From assembly GCA_028282585.1 (NCBI GenBank), contig JANQHR010000002.1:1-40412 (forward strand): a DNA stretch of 40,412 nucleotides, given 5' to 3'. Each line of letters opens with the position of its first letter. Positions within the stretch are counted from its first letter, which is position 1. The notes under the pieces were generated by a model. The model saw only the letters and a list, made by a program, of their open reading frames with translations. It did not search any database and was not told the DNA's origin. Position numbers and translations under genes: made by a program. Shown here piece after piece: positions 38,612 through 40,412 of this stretch. Source of the stretch: Bacteroidales bacterium. GTDB taxonomy: Bacteria > Bacteroidota > Bacteroidia > Bacteroidales > UBA12077.

Positions 38612-39640
38612 TTAAAGTTTTTCAGCTTCTACAATACAATAAAACGGGTCAATTCCTAATTTTTCACCAAACTGAATATATACTGTTGTTTTTAATCCGC
38701 ATGCTTGTAAAAATGATTCAACTGCTTTTTTAGGATTTGTTGACATATCTATTCCAAATTTACATGGTTCGCCCATTTTTTCTATCAAACGCATATTTCT
38801 TTTAGACACTTTTGCGTATTCACCCTGAACAAATGTTTTGGAATATAAGTCCTGAGCAATGATGCTTCCATTGGCACATAAACCAGCCATGCTTCTCAAT
38901 GTTTCTTTAACTGCACTCTCTTCTAAAAACAAGGAAACGCTTTGCCACAGGAACAAGGTTTTTTTGGTTTTGTCAAAACCAGCTTCCAGCAATCTATCAA
39001 CCCAGGATTCGCTGGCATAATCAACCGGAATGTAGCTTATCCAGTCATGCTTAATGCCCGCTTTTTTCAATGTCTCAACTTTAACTTTTAGTGTATCTAC
39101 CTGGTCCAGTTCAAAAACCTTTACTTTTTTTCCTTTTGTAAAAGGTAATGCTATAAGGTCAAAGCCAACTCCGGGAAGCACGATCTGTTCCACATCATTA
39201 ACATATTTTTCCATGATTTTGTCAAATTGCAAAACTCTTTGGCCTACACTGGAAACTAAAGTTTCTTTGCCTCGTTCGGCAATTTTTCCAAGCATGGTAG
39301 TGAAACCAAATAGTCGCTGGGAAATAATAAGAGCTCCATAAACGGACCATAAGCCAAAGTGCGATTCGCAAGGGAATTTCTTTGTAAATGCAACAGACGC
39401 CTGATCGGGCCTGGTGTTAAAATGGTGCATAACCCACCTGTATTGAAGCGTTTTTATGGCAGAAAAAGAGACACTTAATTTCTTGCTTCTCACCATTTCC
39501 TTATAAATTCCATCGATTAGTCCAATCATAGCGAATGGAACAAAAACCGCTTGAATAGGTATGTAAAGGACTATTTGGGAAAGCTTTATTAAAAAACGCA
39601 ATACTCCGGGAAGCTGCTTTTTTGTTTTATTATCTGTCAT
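38612..39640 (-). CDS. LCM-type SAM-dependent methyltransferase
   Basis: R...FD, QIVLPGVGFD, FELDQ..T...K, PVDY, LFLWQSVSLFL. Confidence 0.88.
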   Translation of the reverse strand: MTDNKTKKQLPGVLRFLIKLSQIVLYIPIQAVFVPFAMIGLIDGIYKEMVRSKKLSVSFSAIKTLQYRWVMHHFNTRPDQASVAFTKKFPCESHFGLWSVYGALIISQRLFGFTTMLGKIAERGKETLVSSVGQRVLQFDKIMEKYVNDVEQIVLPGVGFDLIALPFTKGKKVKVFELDQVDTLKVKVETLKKAGIKHDWISYIPVDYASESWVDRLLEAGFDKTKKTLFLWQSVSLFLEESAVKETLRSMAGLCANGSIIAQDLYSKTFVQGEYAKVSKRNMRLIEKMGEPCKFGIDMSTNPKKAVESFLQACGLKTTVYIQFGEKLGIDPFYCIVEAEKL

Positions 39641-40054
39641 TTAATTCTTTTTGTTTTTGGGTTTTTTAGTCAGTAATTCGCCTACTAGTTCTGAAACTAC
39701 CCATTCTTCGGCAATTTTATAGCCGTTGAAACGAGAAACAACCATCTCGTTCCATTTAATTTCCTTATCAGAAGGGTTTATACCCCAGGCTTTTGTGGTA
39801 TGTTTTCCTTGTAAGGTTCTTTGCCAAACAATAGTATCGTTGGTTTGTAGAAAGAATTCTATATTTACTACTTTAATGCCTGGTAATGCTTTGTGAATTT
39901 GTTTTACCCATTTTACGATCAAATCATGACCCTCGTGAACTTTGTTACTGTTGTACGATTTGTAGTTTTTTGCGAAGGTTTCAGGAATAATTTCGAGGTT
40001 TCCTAATTCGATGAGTTCTTTGTTTGCTTTTCGTATTACTTCTTCTTTGCTCAT
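39641..40054 (-). CDS. SnoaL-like ester cyclase family protein
   Basis: GKHT...WGINPSDKEI.W.EM...RF...KIAEEW; TAAATG coupling to the next gene. Confidence 0.88.
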   Translation of the reverse strand: MSKEEVIRKANKELIELGNLEIIPETFAKNYKSYNSNKVHEGHDLIVKWVKQIHKALPGIKVVNIEFFLQTNDTIVWQRTLQGKHTTKAWGINPSDKEIKWNEMVVSRFNGYKIAEEWVVSELVGELLTKKPKNKKN

Positions 40055-40117
40055 GTTACGGCAACTTGTTTAGGATGCTTTTTGCATGATTTAAAGATAA
40101 TTATTTCCTGGTAATTC

Positions 40118-40318
40118 CACCCCCTTTTAATTCCCCCTCATAGGGGGAAATAAGTATGGGATTTTTATTCTACTTCTTTTAGTTGGCAGACAGGCTTTAT
40201 GGTAAGCGGCAAGGAATAAAATCAATACAAAATGTATTTTGGTATTTTTTGTAATTGCTTCTTGCTTTGTTATTTGGAAGAAGTATTTGTGTCCCCTATA
40301 AGGGGGATAAAGAGGGTG
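40118..40318. repeat. Inverted pair of CCCCT-N-AGGGG REP-like units
   Basis: CACCCCCTTTTAATTCCCCCTCATAGGGGGA versus GTCCCCTATAAGGGGGATAAAGAGGGTG; related unit at ~9315-9336. Confidence 0.55.
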
Positions 40319-40412
40319 AATATGATTTACTTTGTTTAATAAAGTTCTCAATCGTTGCTGAAACATCGCCAATACTGTTAAGAACATCACTGTCCTGAAA
40401 TCTAAGAACTGT

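Noticed and set aside
37943-38733. Short ORFs here and at 40127-40390, and antisense ORFs throughout the track
   Set aside because: They overlap repeat elements or lie inside or opposite well-supported genes, with no motifs

Overview
AT-rich accessory region, very probably from a Bacteroidota genome (TAnnTTTG -7 promoter boxes, few Shine-Dalgarno sites, lipoproteins, many Fe-S/flavin enzymes). It holds about 36 intact, mostly single-gene units (methyltransferases, GNATs, nitroreductase, NudC, hydrolases, RsgA, ABC-F) and about 7 decayed genes. No rRNA, tRNA, CRISPR, integrase or transposase was seen. Structure not visible in the ORF track: (1) ten copies of an FNR-like palindrome (consensus CTTGAYGATCGTCAAG), each 20-22 nt (eight exactly 21 nt) upstream of a -7-like box, plus two Crp/Fnr paralogs; (2) three copies of a triple GGATGA (MalT-box-like) operator beside a MalT-like STAND regulator, with both crp genes lying directly downstream of operator-driven genes, suggesting a MalT-to-Crp cascade; (3) two Crp-box promoters followed by no ORF (candidate sRNAs); (4) two unannotated LxLxKx5L/GG-leader lanthipeptide-like precursors with no synthetase in the window; (5) a low-GC, repeat-flanked NA37/YejK-like plus 4-TM gene pair (candidate defence system); (6) uORF leaders before the ABC-F gene and a methyltransferase. 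All calls were made by eye; no database searches were run.
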